Below, one piece after another: positions 8,565-19,266 of a stretch of DNA of 64,000 nucleotides. Each line of letters starts with the position of its first letter. The stretch's first letter is position 1. Source of the DNA: Spirochaetia bacterium (GTDB lineage Bacteria; Spirochaetota; Spirochaetia; CADAEX01); contig JAZURI010000001.1 of NCBI GenBank assembly GCA_045606105.1, positions 96,001 to 160,000 of the forward strand, in the 5' to 3' direction. The notes below the pieces were generated by a model. The model searched no databases. It was not told the DNA's origin and worked only from the letters and a program-made list of their open reading frames with translations. The position numbers and the translations under genes are program-made.

Positions 8565-9961
8565 TTTACCTTTATTTCCCCGTTTTCAAGCATTTTTACC
8601 GCCTCCTGAAGAACAATGTCATATTCCATGTCAAATACAGGAGGATTGTTCAGCTTCAGGTTAAGCTCGTTGCGGATCATTTTTCTGATTACCCTTTCCT
8701 CCAGGACTATATTATCCTTTCTGAGCTTCTTTATGAAATTGTTGATTTCTCTTTCAGACGGCTTCGGATTATCCTTCACGAAATTGCTGATTGTGAATTC
8801 CTCCACCAGCTTCTTGTAGGATTCCATCTCCTCATCGGTAAATTCCTTTTCCTTCACCTCTTTCAGCGGAGGGATTCCCACCTTGTCTATGTTCTTGTCC
8901 TCCGGTGTGTAATACTTTGACATGGTAAGCTTGAAGCCGCTGAGACCGATGGAGTGTACCTGCTGTACCGAGCCCTTTCCGTAGGTGGTTTCTCCGATAA
9001 GTACTCCTCTTCCGTTGTCGCTGAGTGCGGCGGCCAGGATTTCAGATGCAGATGCCGACCCCTTGTCAATAAGGAGTGCTATAGGAACCGATTTGTCCAG
9101 AAGCATTTTCTTGTCAGCCTTGTAGACATGGTTTTCGGACGGAAGCTTGGATTTTGTGCTGACTATGATTCCCGAATCCAGGAAGTAGTCTGCTATCTCG
9201 CATACGGCGTTCAGAACACCGCCCGGATTGCTTCTCAGGTCGATTACCAGATATTTTATATCCTTTTTATTGAAAGCCTTCAGAGCCTCCTTCACCTTTT
9301 CCGGTGTGTTTGGGGTGAACTGGATTATCCTGAGATAGGCTGTTTCCTTGTCGATATAGTCAAACTTGACTGACGGAACCTGAATAACGGCTCTGGTTAT
9401 CTTGTGGGTAAAGGTTATGTTCTCTCCTCTGAGGAAGGTAATGTTCACATCGGTGCCAGGTTCTCCCCTGAGTTGGTCGGTAACCTCGTCCAGGGCCATT
9501 CCTTCAGTATCCATATCCTCGATTTTAATTATCAGGTCTCCCGCATTGATTCCCAGCTTGTAGGCCGGTGTATCCTCGATAGGGGCAACTACGCGCACAT
9601 ACCTGTCATCCGGCATCTTGCTGATATAAAGTCCCACACCGCCGAATTCTCCCGTGGTGGTATCGGCCAGGGCTTCCATGTCATCTTCCGTAAGATATAC
9701 CGAATACGGATCGTTGAGGCTTTCGAACATCCCCTTCATGGCCCCCTCGAAAAGGGTCTTTTCATCCACTTCATCCACGTAGTGACCCTGTATGAACCTC
9801 ATGAGCTCACTGAATATCCTGGAATAATGGCTGTTCAGGCTTCCGCTCTGTGCCAGAAGCGCTACCGGTGAAAATGCTGCCAGAAGAATGACAAAAACAA
9901 AGAAAGATGTCATTCCTGTCCATATATGTCTTTCGTTTTTCATAAATGCCTCGTTTATCAA
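8561..9961 (-). CDS. ctpA: S41 carboxyl-terminal processing protease (PDZ domain)
   Basis: DLRSNPGG, SASASEI, TYGKGSVQ motifs. Confidence 0.93.
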   Translation of the reverse strand: MINEAFMKNERHIWTGMTSFFVFVILLAAFSPVALLAQSGSLNSHYSRIFSELMRFIQGHYVDEVDEKTLFEGAMKGMFESLNDPYSVYLTEDDMEALADTTTGEFGGVGLYISKMPDDRYVRVVAPIEDTPAYKLGINAGDLIIKIEDMDTEGMALDEVTDQLRGEPGTDVNITFLRGENITFTHKITRAVIQVPSVKFDYIDKETAYLRIIQFTPNTPEKVKEALKAFNKKDIKYLVIDLRSNPGGVLNAVCEIADYFLDSGIIVSTKSKLPSENHVYKADKKMLLDKSVPIALLIDKGSASASEILAAALSDNGRGVLIGETTYGKGSVQQVHSIGLSGFKLTMSKYYTPEDKNIDKVGIPPLKEVKEKEFTDEEMESYKKLVEEFTISNFVKDNPKPSEREINNFIKKLRKDNIVLEERVIRKMIRNELNLKLNNPPVFDMEYDIVLQEAVKMLENGEIKVK

Positions 9962-10043
9962 ATATTCACCTTATAAAAGTTATTTGTCAAGCAAGTTAAT
10001 TAAATTTGACTTGACCTCCTGAGAAGAGAATCTTAAACTGTAC

Positions 10044-10409
10044 TTGATGAAGAAACTCATTTTTACAGGCTTCCTGTGGGAAGTCATAAGATTCTTTTAT
10101 GTTTATTTCTTCGCATCTGCCACAAACAACTTCGATCTGTTTCTCTGGATAAATTCCCAGCAGATCATTACGGTTTTTGCTATATATTTCCTGTATCGGG
10201 ATCCGGTCCGCTTCTTTCAGTTTTCAAAGCTTGTGCTGGTGGCCAAGATTTTCGCCGTGGTAACAGGACTTCTGTTTATCTTCAAGCTGCTCAACACCCC
10301 GGGCCTTATTACGCTGCCGGTAATTGCTGTTCCCGGCTTTGTTGTATTTGCGGATCTGCTGATGCTGATTCTTTTTGCCTGCATGGTCAGAAAGGGGGAT
10401 AATGCCTGA
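10044..10409 (+). CDS. Hypothetical membrane protein
   Basis: Hydrophobic 121-aa ORF; its stop overlaps the lgt start. Confidence 0.6.
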   Translation: MMKKLIFTGFLWEVIRFFYVYFFASATNNFDLFLWINSQQIITVFAIYFLYRDPVRFFQFSKLVLVAKIFAVVTGLLFIFKLLNTPGLITLPVIAVPGFVVFADLLMLILFACMVRKGDNA

Positions 10410-11341
10410 TGCTGTATATCGATTTTCCGTCCTGGCTCCATCCGGAAATCATTCCGGGATTTCCCGTACGCTGGTACGGACTCATGTATCTGTTTGCCTT
10501 TGTTATTGCATATATTCTATTCCGTGTTCAGATCAGGGAAAAGCAGCTGGACTGGAACAAGGATGAGGTTTCTTCCCTTTTTACCTGGGGAATCCTGGGG
10601 CTTCTTCTGGGTGCCCGTCTCTTTGCCACACTGGTTTATGACAGAACCGGACGGTATCTGGAAAATCCGCTTCTCATTTTCTGGCCTTTTGATGAGAGCT
10701 TCAGCTTCGTGGGCTTCCAGGGAATGTCCTATCACGGGGGACTCATAGGTGTTGTTATCGGAATAATTCTTTTTTGTAAAAGAAAAAATAAAAGCATACT
10801 CCAGACCACGGATCTTCTTGTGGCAGCCATTCCTTTCGGTTATTTCTTCGGAAGGATGGGAAACTTCATAAACGGAGAGCTTTACGGTCGTGTTACTGCC
10901 GGCAGCTTCGGAATGATCTTTCCTTTTGCCGAAAGATTTCCGGTAAAGGAGAGCTGGGTTGCCGAAATAATGGAAAAGACCGGTGCCAATGTGGTGGCCG
11001 GCGGACTTGTGAACCTGCCGAGACATCCGAGTCAGCTTTACGAGGCAGCCTTTGAGGGAATAGTCCTGGGACTGGTACTCTGGTTTGTTTTCCGCCGTCT
11101 CAGGCTCAGGACCGGTGTCATGACAGGTCTCTATCTGCTCGGATACGGCCTTATCCGCTTTGTCATCGAATACTTCCGCGAGCCGGATGCTGAACTGGGC
11201 TTTATCCTTTCCCTTTCGGGTGAGAACAATCCTATCTGGCTGTGCAGCTCCGTTCTCGATTTTTCCATGGGGCAGGCCCTCTGCATGCTGATGATGCTTT
11301 CGGGAACAATTTTAATCGGTATTATTCTGAAGCGTAAATAA
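10409..11341 (+). CDS. lgt: Prolipoprotein diacylglyceryl transferase
   Basis: RWYGLMY, GMSYHGG, GRMGNFINGELYGR, RHPSQLYE motifs. Confidence 0.97.
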   Translation: MLYIDFPSWLHPEIIPGFPVRWYGLMYLFAFVIAYILFRVQIREKQLDWNKDEVSSLFTWGILGLLLGARLFATLVYDRTGRYLENPLLIFWPFDESFSFVGFQGMSYHGGLIGVVIGIILFCKRKNKSILQTTDLLVAAIPFGYFFGRMGNFINGELYGRVTAGSFGMIFPFAERFPVKESWVAEIMEKTGANVVAGGLVNLPRHPSQLYEAAFEGIVLGLVLWFVFRRLRLRTGVMTGLYLLGYGLIRFVIEYFREPDAELGFILSLSGENNPIWLCSSVLDFSMGQALCMLMMLSGTILIGIILKRK

Positions 11342-11373
11342 AGCTTTAACCCGTTTTATAAGCAGGAGCTTAA

Positions 11374-14300
11374 ATGAAAAAGGCACTGCTTATATTTCTT
11401 CTTTACAGTTTTACGGTCTCTGTCTCTGCATACGACAAGGAGTATTTCACCAGGATTCTCAGCGAAACCGGTTCCATAGGGCTGAGTACCCTTCTTCACC
11501 GTTATCCGGGAAATGAACATGAAATAAGGAACGAATATGCCCGTCTTCAATGGGAGGAGATAAAAAGGGAGCTGGATTGTCCCGACAGTGAAAGACTTGC
11601 AGCCCTTCTGAAGGAGCTTTCTGACGGAATGGAACGAAAGGATGCTTCGGAGCTGGATAGGGAGCTGGCCTTGTGGAAGGAGGCCGGAAGCAGGGAACTG
11701 GAACGGGTTTACGGGGAATGGGAGGAGAATGCCTCTGTCAGATATGATGAGCTTACATCGGTCATGGACAGCGAAATAAGACTTTTTACCGATATTTCCT
11801 TCGAAGATTACAGGAAAAGCATCCGTAGGGAAATGGAGATAATGCTGGAGGCCCGTCAGAGGGAATTTCTGAATTCCAGAATTGCAGAAAAGGATTCAGC
11901 CGGAGGTGAAAGGGAGGATAAGACCGGATACAGCCTGGTTTCGGAGCTGCTGGAGAATGTACCCGAAATCTATACCGAGCCTGTAACCGAGGCCCTTGAA
12001 GGATGGTACGAAAGCGGTCTCCGGCTGGCGGAAGCCAGGGCTCATTGGGAAAAGGGGGTTGCTGAGGGATTTGCCGAGGCAGAGAAAAAATGGGATCAGG
12101 CTCTTCTTGTGTACGAAACTGAAAAAGAGGTATGGCTGGGAGAAATCGAGGCTGCCTTACGGGAAGGGGAAAAGATCTTTGCGGAAAGACTTTCCGATTT
12201 TGAGGAGCTGTCTGCCCTGCGGTTCACGGAAATAAGCACCATGCTTGAAAAACAGGCCCGGACTGTTTCTCAGAAGATAGAAGGATATCTTTCCGGCTAC
12301 GAAGCGGTGAATGTTATGCTCCGGGAGGCTGAATACAATGCCCTTCTTGCCGAAACCGAAATTCTCAGGCTTGAAGCAGCCAAGGCTTCTCCGGCCGCCT
12401 CCCTTGCCGATTACCGGGCTCTTCTTGCAGATACACGGAACAAGGCCCGGGAAGCAGAGCAGAGAAGGGAGAGTCTTATCCATGAAATGAACAATTATGA
12501 TAATGATGCCACCCATTTTCAGTTTACGAAGGAAAATTTTCCGGGAAGGATAAAGGAGGCAGAGGAGGAAAGGGACAGTTATCTTGCCTTGATACCGGCA
12601 CTTCAGAAGCAGGTGGCGGAATTTGAATCCCTGGTTTCGGAAACAGACAGGGAGATTGAAGAATACCGGAGCCAGGAAATCTTCTGGAAAAAAGCAGTGA
12701 AGCGGTATGTAGAAACAGAGGAAAAGCTGCGGACCGGACTTGCCTCCCTTGAAGCGGAAATAAAGGATTCATCCGGACTGGAGGCTGATTCCAGGGAAAT
12801 GATTCTTGAGGATATGAACAGAAGGCTCAGGATGTACAGGGAGCTGTACGATTTTGCCGTGGAGAGCGGCTCCGGCGGAAAAACAGCCTTTGATACAAGG
12901 GAAAATCTCGAAAAGGCCGGGGAGCTGCTGGCAGAGGCGGAGCTGGCCTACGGTGCCGCAGTGGAAAACATGGGCGGCTACGGAGAAAGAACGGAGCAGC
13001 TTCTGTCGGAGATACAGCTTCTTTCCGAAGAATTGGATAAGACCTGCCGGGATCTGGCAGAGGTCCAGTCTGAATATAATCTTTATTATGAGCTTTTCAT
13101 GAATGACGGAGCCGGAATGCTGAAAACAGCCCTGGAGGAGGAAGAGCAGCTTCTGTCAGAATACAGAGCTTCCCGACAGGAGGCCTGGATTGATTATTTC
13201 ATGAAATGCCAGGCTGCGGAACGGGGTATGATGCTTCCTTTTAATGAACTGAGGGAGGCGGTTACGGTTTCCGTACAGAGCTGCCTGCAGCTTCTGGAGG
13301 AGGATATAAGCGAGGAGGAAAGACTTCTCCTTGAGGATGAGCTTGAAAGCCTGCTGGCAGCCGAAAAGCTGTTTGCCGGTATGGAAACAGTGCCGGAGCC
13401 CGGTACCGTGGAATCCGTATATCTCCGCAGATGCCTTGAATGGGAGCAATGGAACCGGGACCGGGGAGCTGCCCTTATTGCCGGCTTGTTCGGTTTTGAC
13501 GGTACGGAGACACAGGAGGAGGCTGAAAGCTTTCTAATGGAATTGTCTGAATCCGGTTTTCTTCCCGGTTATCTTCTTTATTGTGCCGCCGGATACCTTA
13601 AGCAGTTTCACGATTTCTCAGGTAACGATGAGCTTGCACTTCTTTATGAAGGGGCAGTCGGATATGACAGCGGACTTTTCGGAAAGGCCCTTTCAATATA
13701 TATGTCCGGGAATCCGGCTCCTGCTTCCGCAGATGATGCAGAGGTGGCCCGTACAGCTGCACTTGGGACAGAGAACATGATATCTATCACCGAGGCAGGT
13801 CTGAATGAAAAGAGACGGCTTCTGGAGGCTCTGGAAAGGGACAGGCATACCTTCTGCACTCTTTATGTGGAGCCTTATTCGAAAAAGCTGAGTGTATTGC
13901 AGAAAAATGAGGAGAGGCAAAGGGAGGCGTATAACCGGGCTCTGGATGAAATTGACAGTCTGCTGGCCGGGTACGATGAACGGAAAAAAGAGGCCCGGGA
14001 GAAGTATTCCCTCTGGCAGGAGGCTCTTTACAGTGCAGAACTGACAGAAAAAATCCATCTTTATGCCGCTTCTCCCTATTCCTCTCCTGAGGATATTCTT
14101 GCAGAAATCGAAAAACAGGAGGCTCTTATTGCCGATTACAGTCAGTTTTCCGCTGTCAGGGATCATATCTCCTCTTCCGATATGGTTTCCGCAGAAAATT
14201 TCTACAGGGCTGTGGATACGGAGCTTTATCTGAACAGCGTTGCCGGCAGGGTAGAGGAAAAGGAACGGAGCTGGCAGAGCAGAATCAGTTCTTCATTGAG

Positions 14301-17300
14301 GAATGTTGAGGATATTGTTACAGGACAGCTGTTCAGGTTTGATGCTGCTCCCGATGTTTCCGGTATTTATTCCTCTACAGGGGAGATTACCGATATGAGG
14401 GGCGGACTTCCCGATTCCTATTTCGATGACGGGAAAAAGTATTACGAGGATGTTCTTGCCTGGCTTGGGAATCTGGATGCCGGAATGCTGCATGATTTCG
14501 GGATTGCCTACTATTGGAGAACCGGCTGCAGCATCGATGTCCCCATTTACCGGGATCAGAATTTCCATAAGCTGAGAAGCTACGGTTATGCCTTTTCCTA
14601 TCCTGTGGAATACACCGACAATACTGCATCCCGGGCTGTTTATGACCGGCTGGTTTCTGACAGCAGGACTCATATTCTCTATTCCTTTTTTGAGGAAATG
14701 ATGAAAAACGACCGGATTCTTTTCGACACCTCGTTTATAGGCAAGGATGTAAGTAAAATCGCCCATGATTATCTCTGGAATGTCTCAAAGGAGAAGGAAT
14801 CCCATTACAGGAATTCCCATCGTATTCTGAATGCCCTTACCAGAAAGGCCTCCAAGATGAAAAGCATGAGAAAGGCCATGGCTGATGTAAACGGAACAAA
14901 GGAACGGAACAGGATAATGGAGCAGATAGGTTCGGTTCTGAAAAGCGTTGAGTTCTGCAGAAACGAATCGGCAGAGGCCGAGAAGCAGTACATGAGAGAG
15001 CTTTTCAGTGATGCCGGAAGCTTTCTTTCCTTCTGTGAGGAACTCTCCGGTGTGAAAATAAAGGATGGCTCCCTGGCAGAGAGTTTTTTTGCAGAATCGG
15101 AAGGGGAGAAAAGCTTTGTTGCCGTTGTTGCCGGGCTCAGGGAGCTTTGTAAGGAGACAAAGGCTGAAAACAGCGTTTCACTTTCTCCGGAGACAGCCAT
15201 CTCCTTCGTAAACGGCCTGGAATGCTACGGTCACGGAGGGAATATTGCTTCGGTTATGGAGCTTACCGGCTCCCTGCTTATCTCTCTTCACGGTCAGAAA
15301 GGGGAGGAATATCTGGATTCGGAGGCTGACAAGGCTGAATGGGCTGCTCTTCTTCTTTCGGAGGACTGCCGTTACTGGACAGAAAACATGCTGAAGCTCA
15401 GACAGACGGGGCTTGAGGACTGGGATGCCAACTATCACAGGCTTGTCCGTGAAAGAACGGTATGGGAGGAAAAGCTTGCTTCGGAAATAGCGGAAAAAGA
15501 GAAGATATGGGATCTGAAAGGGGAGCTTATGGAGGAGAAGATGAGAGAATGGCTTACGGAGGCAGCTCTTCTGGAGGCAGAAAAGGAGAATGCCGAAACA
15601 GCAAGGGAGCTGGGACTGAATGCCTTTGCACTGAGAACCTCGGCAGACGAACTGATTGTTCCTATGATTGATTTCTCTCCGGAAATCGTAACGGAGGGGG
15701 ACTCACTTGACAGGCTTCTTTCCCTGGCACTGGAATACAACAGGGCTGCCGTGAACAGAGGGGAAATAACGGAAATTTATCCGCTGCTGCCCGCAGTTTT
15801 CAGAACCGCAGAGATTGATATGGCTGATACCGGGGAATTTTTCGAGGAGGTAAAGAGACAGAGTACATATCTTGCAGTTCTGCAGATGAAGGGTGAGATT
15901 TCTGAAATGTACCGTCAGATCATCCTGAATGTGGAAGAGAACAATATGGAAGCTGACAAGGCAATAACCGATGTTCTTGAAGGGCGGGGATACCGGCTTG
16001 ACGGCAATGTTTTCTCCAGAAAAATCATGATAGACGAGACAATTCTCGGCGGAATCGAGTATGAGGTTCAGGAAATCGAAAGGTACAGATGGTTTTCTGC
16101 AGAAAGCTTTGACATTGAAAAGGAGCTTTCTTCTGTTTTTCTTCATGATGAAAGCACACTGATGCTGAGGCATATTCTTGAAAAGGTCCGGAAGGAGCTG
16201 GATTCCTATGCATCCGAAACCATGGAGGCCTTCAGCATGCATATCGGATATGTACCGGTCATGTCAGAGAAAGACCCTGAAAAGGTAAGTGTAAAGGGGG
16301 CCGGTGAATACGGCCGTATTTTCGAGCTTTTCTATGTAAACGAAGGGCGGCTTGCCCGCGGTCTTGCTGCCATTGATGTTCCGTTCTATCTGCAGCGGCT
16401 GTACGATGATGACAGGGACAATGACGGAAAAAGCGACGGTCTTGTCGGTGCTCCTACAATCAGAGGCGCCACAAGGCTTCTTACCACGCTGCTGGGAAGC
16501 GTGAATCCTGTGCTGGGAATTGCAGCTTCTGTCCTGGACAGCATTACCTATGCCGCCCTGGATATGGGCTTTGCCGGAAAGGATCTGGCAGAAGCAGCCG
16601 CCGATGTGGGATACAGTATCGGTAACACAGCCGCCGCCATGGGTATAGGGGCTGCACTCGGCTCGGTGACTGCCATTGCGGAGAATGCGCTGCTGGGTAC
16701 GGTTTCCGACCTTTATGTGACCAATGTGGCAGCGGCGGCCATCTGCTCCGCAGATGTGGAGGATTTCATCGGTAACTATATGGAGCAGGCTTCCCTTGTC
16801 AGAAACTATAACAGCTATATCAGTGCAGGTATAGGAAGCCTGACCGGCGGGATCGGGGCCCTTGGCTATGAACTGCTTTCCGATGGTGAGACCAGGATAA
16901 ATATCATGAATATCATTGAGCTGAATGTGGGCGGCAGGGGCCCTCTGCTGGAATTCGGGTCAGGGGGACAGCAGCTTGCAGGTATGGTTGACTATGTGGG
17001 CAGCTTTTTTGAGAAGCCTGACATTGACCTGTATTCAACCTATTATGAAATGGTTAAGCTTATGGAGGATGAATCCTATGCTGCCATGTATCTCGACCGG
17101 CCTGAATCGGACTTTGAGGAGGTCCTTGAGGATTCTGTAATGGAATATCTTGAGGAGCAGCTGCCGGAAAAGATTTCGGATATAACCGGAAATCCTGAAA
17201 TCTGCTATACTGAAATATATGATTCCGTAATCAATGACTCTGATAAATATGATTTTACGGATTATGATCCCGCAGATTATGATTTTCCTGTGGAGGGGGA

Positions 17301-17973
17301 TATCGGACGCGGATATTCTTTCCTTGAGGGGACAATCGGGGAATACAGGGCGGTGGAAAAGGAGTTTTCTGCCGCTGTAAAGGAGGAATTTGCATCCAAG
17401 CCTGCAGCTGAGCAGATGAAGGATCTCATGGAATGCTATACCAGGGTACGGTCAGGAAATTATTCCGATACGGACAGAGGCAATATGGCCGCGGCTCTCA
17501 GGGATCTTGTAAAATATATGGATGTGGAGGCGCTTATGGAGGAGAATGAGGACTTCATGAACATTACCCTGAGAAATTTCCTGAATCTGAAGGAGGACGG
17601 AACCATGGATTACACCCTGGATGAAATCAGGAACGAAACCGGCATGTGGACAGAGATGATGAGCTGGGGTTCGGCCTATCATCAGACCAATGTGGAGGGG
17701 GAGCTTCTCAATGCCAAGTTTGTAAGCAGGGACGGAAGGGAGGTGGTCTTTGATTCAGATGAAAATGTTGTATTGGATATACTGGACAAGGGTACCTTCA
17801 ACTACGGCCGACAGACGCTGGCAAGCACACTTTTCGGTCTTCACAGGAGTGCCGATGTGGAGCCGTACAACCGGCATATGAAAAATATCGGAGCCAGGGT
17901 AAAGCACCGGTTCGATCTTCTTCTGGGTATGTTGGGCAATTCCAGAATCTGGGAACTGAGGGGGAAAAGATGA
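11374..17973 (+). CDS. Giant secreted coiled-coil protein with a hydrophobic segment and a putative C-terminal toxin-like domain
   Basis: SD AGGAG; signal peptide MKKALLIFLLYSFTVSVSA; long E/K/R-rich helical region; Gly/Ala hydrophobic stretch; compact C-terminal domain (YHQ...NAKFVSRDGREVVFD...GTFNYG...H..DVEPY). Confidence 0.7.
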   Translation: MKKALLIFLLYSFTVSVSAYDKEYFTRILSETGSIGLSTLLHRYPGNEHEIRNEYARLQWEEIKRELDCPDSERLAALLKELSDGMERKDASELDRELALWKEAGSRELERVYGEWEENASVRYDELTSVMDSEIRLFTDISFEDYRKSIRREMEIMLEARQREFLNSRIAEKDSAGGEREDKTGYSLVSELLENVPEIYTEPVTEALEGWYESGLRLAEARAHWEKGVAEGFAEAEKKWDQALLVYETEKEVWLGEIEAALREGEKIFAERLSDFEELSALRFTEISTMLEKQARTVSQKIEGYLSGYEAVNVMLREAEYNALLAETEILRLEAAKASPAASLADYRALLADTRNKAREAEQRRESLIHEMNNYDNDATHFQFTKENFPGRIKEAEEERDSYLALIPALQKQVAEFESLVSETDREIEEYRSQEIFWKKAVKRYVETEEKLRTGLASLEAEIKDSSGLEADSREMILEDMNRRLRMYRELYDFAVESGSGGKTAFDTRENLEKAGELLAEAELAYGAAVENMGGYGERTEQLLSEIQLLSEELDKTCRDLAEVQSEYNLYYELFMNDGAGMLKTALEEEEQLLSEYRASRQEAWIDYFMKCQAAERGMMLPFNELREAVTVSVQSCLQLLEEDISEEERLLLEDELESLLAAEKLFAGMETVPEPGTVESVYLRRCLEWEQWNRDRGAALIAGLFGFDGTETQEEAESFLMELSESGFLPGYLLYCAAGYLKQFHDFSGNDELALLYEGAVGYDSGLFGKALSIYMSGNPAPASADDAEVARTAALGTENMISITEAGLNEKRRLLEALERDRHTFCTLYVEPYSKKLSVLQKNEERQREAYNRALDEIDSLLAGYDERKKEAREKYSLWQEALYSAELTEKIHLYAASPYSSPEDILAEIEKQEALIADYSQFSAVRDHISSSDMVSAENFYRAVDTELYLNSVAGRVEEKERSWQSRISSSLRNVEDIVTGQLFRFDAAPDVSGIYSSTGEITDMRGGLPDSYFDDGKKYYEDVLAWLGNLDAGMLHDFGIAYYWRTGCSIDVPIYRDQNFHKLRSYGYAFSYPVEYTDNTASRAVYDRLVSDSRTHILYSFFEEMMKNDRILFDTSFIGKDVSKIAHDYLWNVSKEKESHYRNSHRILNALTRKASKMKSMRKAMADVNGTKERNRIMEQIGSVLKSVEFCRNESAEAEKQYMRELFSDAGSFLSFCEELSGVKIKDGSLAESFFAESEGEKSFVAVVAGLRELCKETKAENSVSLSPETAISFVNGLECYGHGGNIASVMELTGSLLISLHGQKGEEYLDSEADKAEWAALLLSEDCRYWTENMLKLRQTGLEDWDANYHRLVRERTVWEEKLASEIAEKEKIWDLKGELMEEKMREWLTEAALLEAEKENAETARELGLNAFALRTSADELIVPMIDFSPEIVTEGDSLDRLLSLALEYNRAAVNRGEITEIYPLLPAVFRTAEIDMADTGEFFEEVKRQSTYLAVLQMKGEISEMYRQIILNVEENNMEADKAITDVLEGRGYRLDGNVFSRKIMIDETILGGIEYEVQEIERYRWFSAESFDIEKELSSVFLHDESTLMLRHILEKVRKELDSYASETMEAFSMHIGYVPVMSEKDPEKVSVKGAGEYGRIFELFYVNEGRLARGLAAIDVPFYLQRLYDDDRDNDGKSDGLVGAPTIRGATRLLTTLLGSVNPVLGIAASVLDSITYAALDMGFAGKDLAEAAADVGYSIGNTAAAMGIGAALGSVTAIAENALLGTVSDLYVTNVAAAAICSADVEDFIGNYMEQASLVRNYNSYISAGIGSLTGGIGALGYELLSDGETRINIMNIIELNVGGRGPLLEFGSGGQQLAGMVDYVGSFFEKPDIDLYSTYYEMVKLMEDESYAAMYLDRPESDFEEVLEDSVMEYLEEQLPEKISDITGNPEICYTEIYDSVINDSDKYDFTDYDPADYDFPVEGDIGRGYSFLEGTIGEYRAVEKEFSAAVKEEFASKPAAEQMKDLMECYTRVRSGNYSDTDRGNMAAALRDLVKYMDVEALMEENEDFMNITLRNFLNLKEDGTMDYTLDEIRNETGMWTEMMSWGSAYHQTNVEGELLNAKFVSRDGREVVFDSDENVVLDILDKGTFNYGRQTLASTLFGLHRSADVEPYNRHMKNIGARVKHRFDLLLGMLGNSRIWELRGKR

Positions 17974-18515
17974 AAAAGAATAAAAGGATTTCATGTATCA
18001 TAATGTCGGTAATCATTGTATCTGCAGTGCTGTTCCTGACCACGGAATACTGGGGCCGGGGAATCATTTATCCACGCTTTACCTACAGCCTTCAGCCGGC
18101 AGACAGGACTCAGGAGACGGAGCTGACATTGTGGACCTCCCGCGGAATCAATCCCTTTGAAAGCGAATTCAATTTTACCATTCTTGCATGGTCGGTTCCC
18201 GAAAAAATCAGAATCAGCTCACTTGCCTTCAGCCATGACGGGAAGAGCCGGGAAATTGCCGGAAACAGAGAGCTGGAAATCAGGGAATCGGGCTGGAAGA
18301 GAACCGGAAACGGAATGTACCTGAATACCAATGCCGTTACTGACCGGCCGAAGATCTGCTGGAGCCGTTATTTCAAGGGTAAGAAAACAGGAGATACCTT
18401 TCCTCTGCGGCTGACCCTGGTCTACAGCCTGGATAACGGGCCGGAGAGGAGGGCTGTCCTTGATTACACCGTGACAGTGACAGATTATTTCTATGTCCAT
18501 CCCCTTGTTTTCTGA
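17970..18515 (+). CDS. Membrane-anchored hypothetical protein, candidate immunity protein
   Basis: ATGA overlap with the giant ORF; single N-terminal TM helix; beta-rich remainder. Confidence 0.55.
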   Translation: MKKNKRISCIIMSVIIVSAVLFLTTEYWGRGIIYPRFTYSLQPADRTQETELTLWTSRGINPFESEFNFTILAWSVPEKIRISSLAFSHDGKSREIAGNRELEIRESGWKRTGNGMYLNTNAVTDRPKICWSRYFKGKKTGDTFPLRLTLVYSLDNGPERRAVLDYTVTVTDYFYVHPLVF

Positions 18516-18537
18516 AACCCTGATGGTATAATCAGAT

Positions 18538-19221
18538 ATGGTTGAAAACATTACGGCCCGTCTTTATGAGCTGAAGGATGAGGGCTACAGGGATTTTCAG
18601 TGCAGACTCATGCCGACTGTGGACAGAAGCAGGGTAATCGGTGTCAGAACTCCGGGGCTCAGGCAACTGGCAAGGGAGATCGGAGGCACGGAAGCAGCAG
18701 ACCGGTTTATTAAGACCCTTCCGCACCGTTATTACGAGGAGAACAGTCTCCATGCCATTCTCATAAGCCGGATAAAGGACTACGGCAGCTGTATTGAGGC
18801 TACGGAGTTTTTTCTTCCCCATGTCGACAACTGGGCCACCTGCGATATCTTTACCCCTGCCGCCTTCGGGAAAAATATCCGGGATCTGGAAAAAAGATGC
18901 CTCCGCTGGCTGTCTTCGGAGCATACCTATACAATACGCTTCGGAATGAGGATGCTCATGAGCTTTTTCCTGGACCGGAACTACCGGCCTGAGCTTCCGG
19001 CGGCGGTGGCTGCGGTGGAAACCGACGAATACTATGTAATGATGATGCAGGCCTGGTATTTTGCCACCGCCCTGGCAAAGCGGTACGAGGATATTCTCCC
19101 TTTTATTGCCGGAAAAAGGCTTGAAAAACAGACCCATAACAAAGCAATACAGAAGGCGGTGGAAAGCTTCCGTATCCCGCCGGAGCACAAGCTTTTTCTC
19201 CGTACCCTGCGGCGGAAATAA
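18538..19221 (+). CDS. DNA alkylation repair protein (AlkD-like)
   Basis: GVRTPGLR, VDNWATCD, EYYVMMMQAWYFATAL motifs. Confidence 0.88.
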   Translation: MVENITARLYELKDEGYRDFQCRLMPTVDRSRVIGVRTPGLRQLAREIGGTEAADRFIKTLPHRYYEENSLHAILISRIKDYGSCIEATEFFLPHVDNWATCDIFTPAAFGKNIRDLEKRCLRWLSSEHTYTIRFGMRMLMSFFLDRNYRPELPAAVAAVETDEYYVMMMQAWYFATALAKRYEDILPFIAGKRLEKQTHNKAIQKAVESFRIPPEHKLFLRTLRRK

Positions 19222-19243
19222 AAAAGCCTCCCGGCGGGAGGCT
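19220..19243 (-). terminator. Intrinsic terminator of pta
   Basis: agcctccc-ggc-gggaggct stem with a T-tract on the minus strand, between convergent genes. Confidence 0.75.
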
Positions 19244-19266
19244 CTGAATACATGTCTGCGGAAAAA

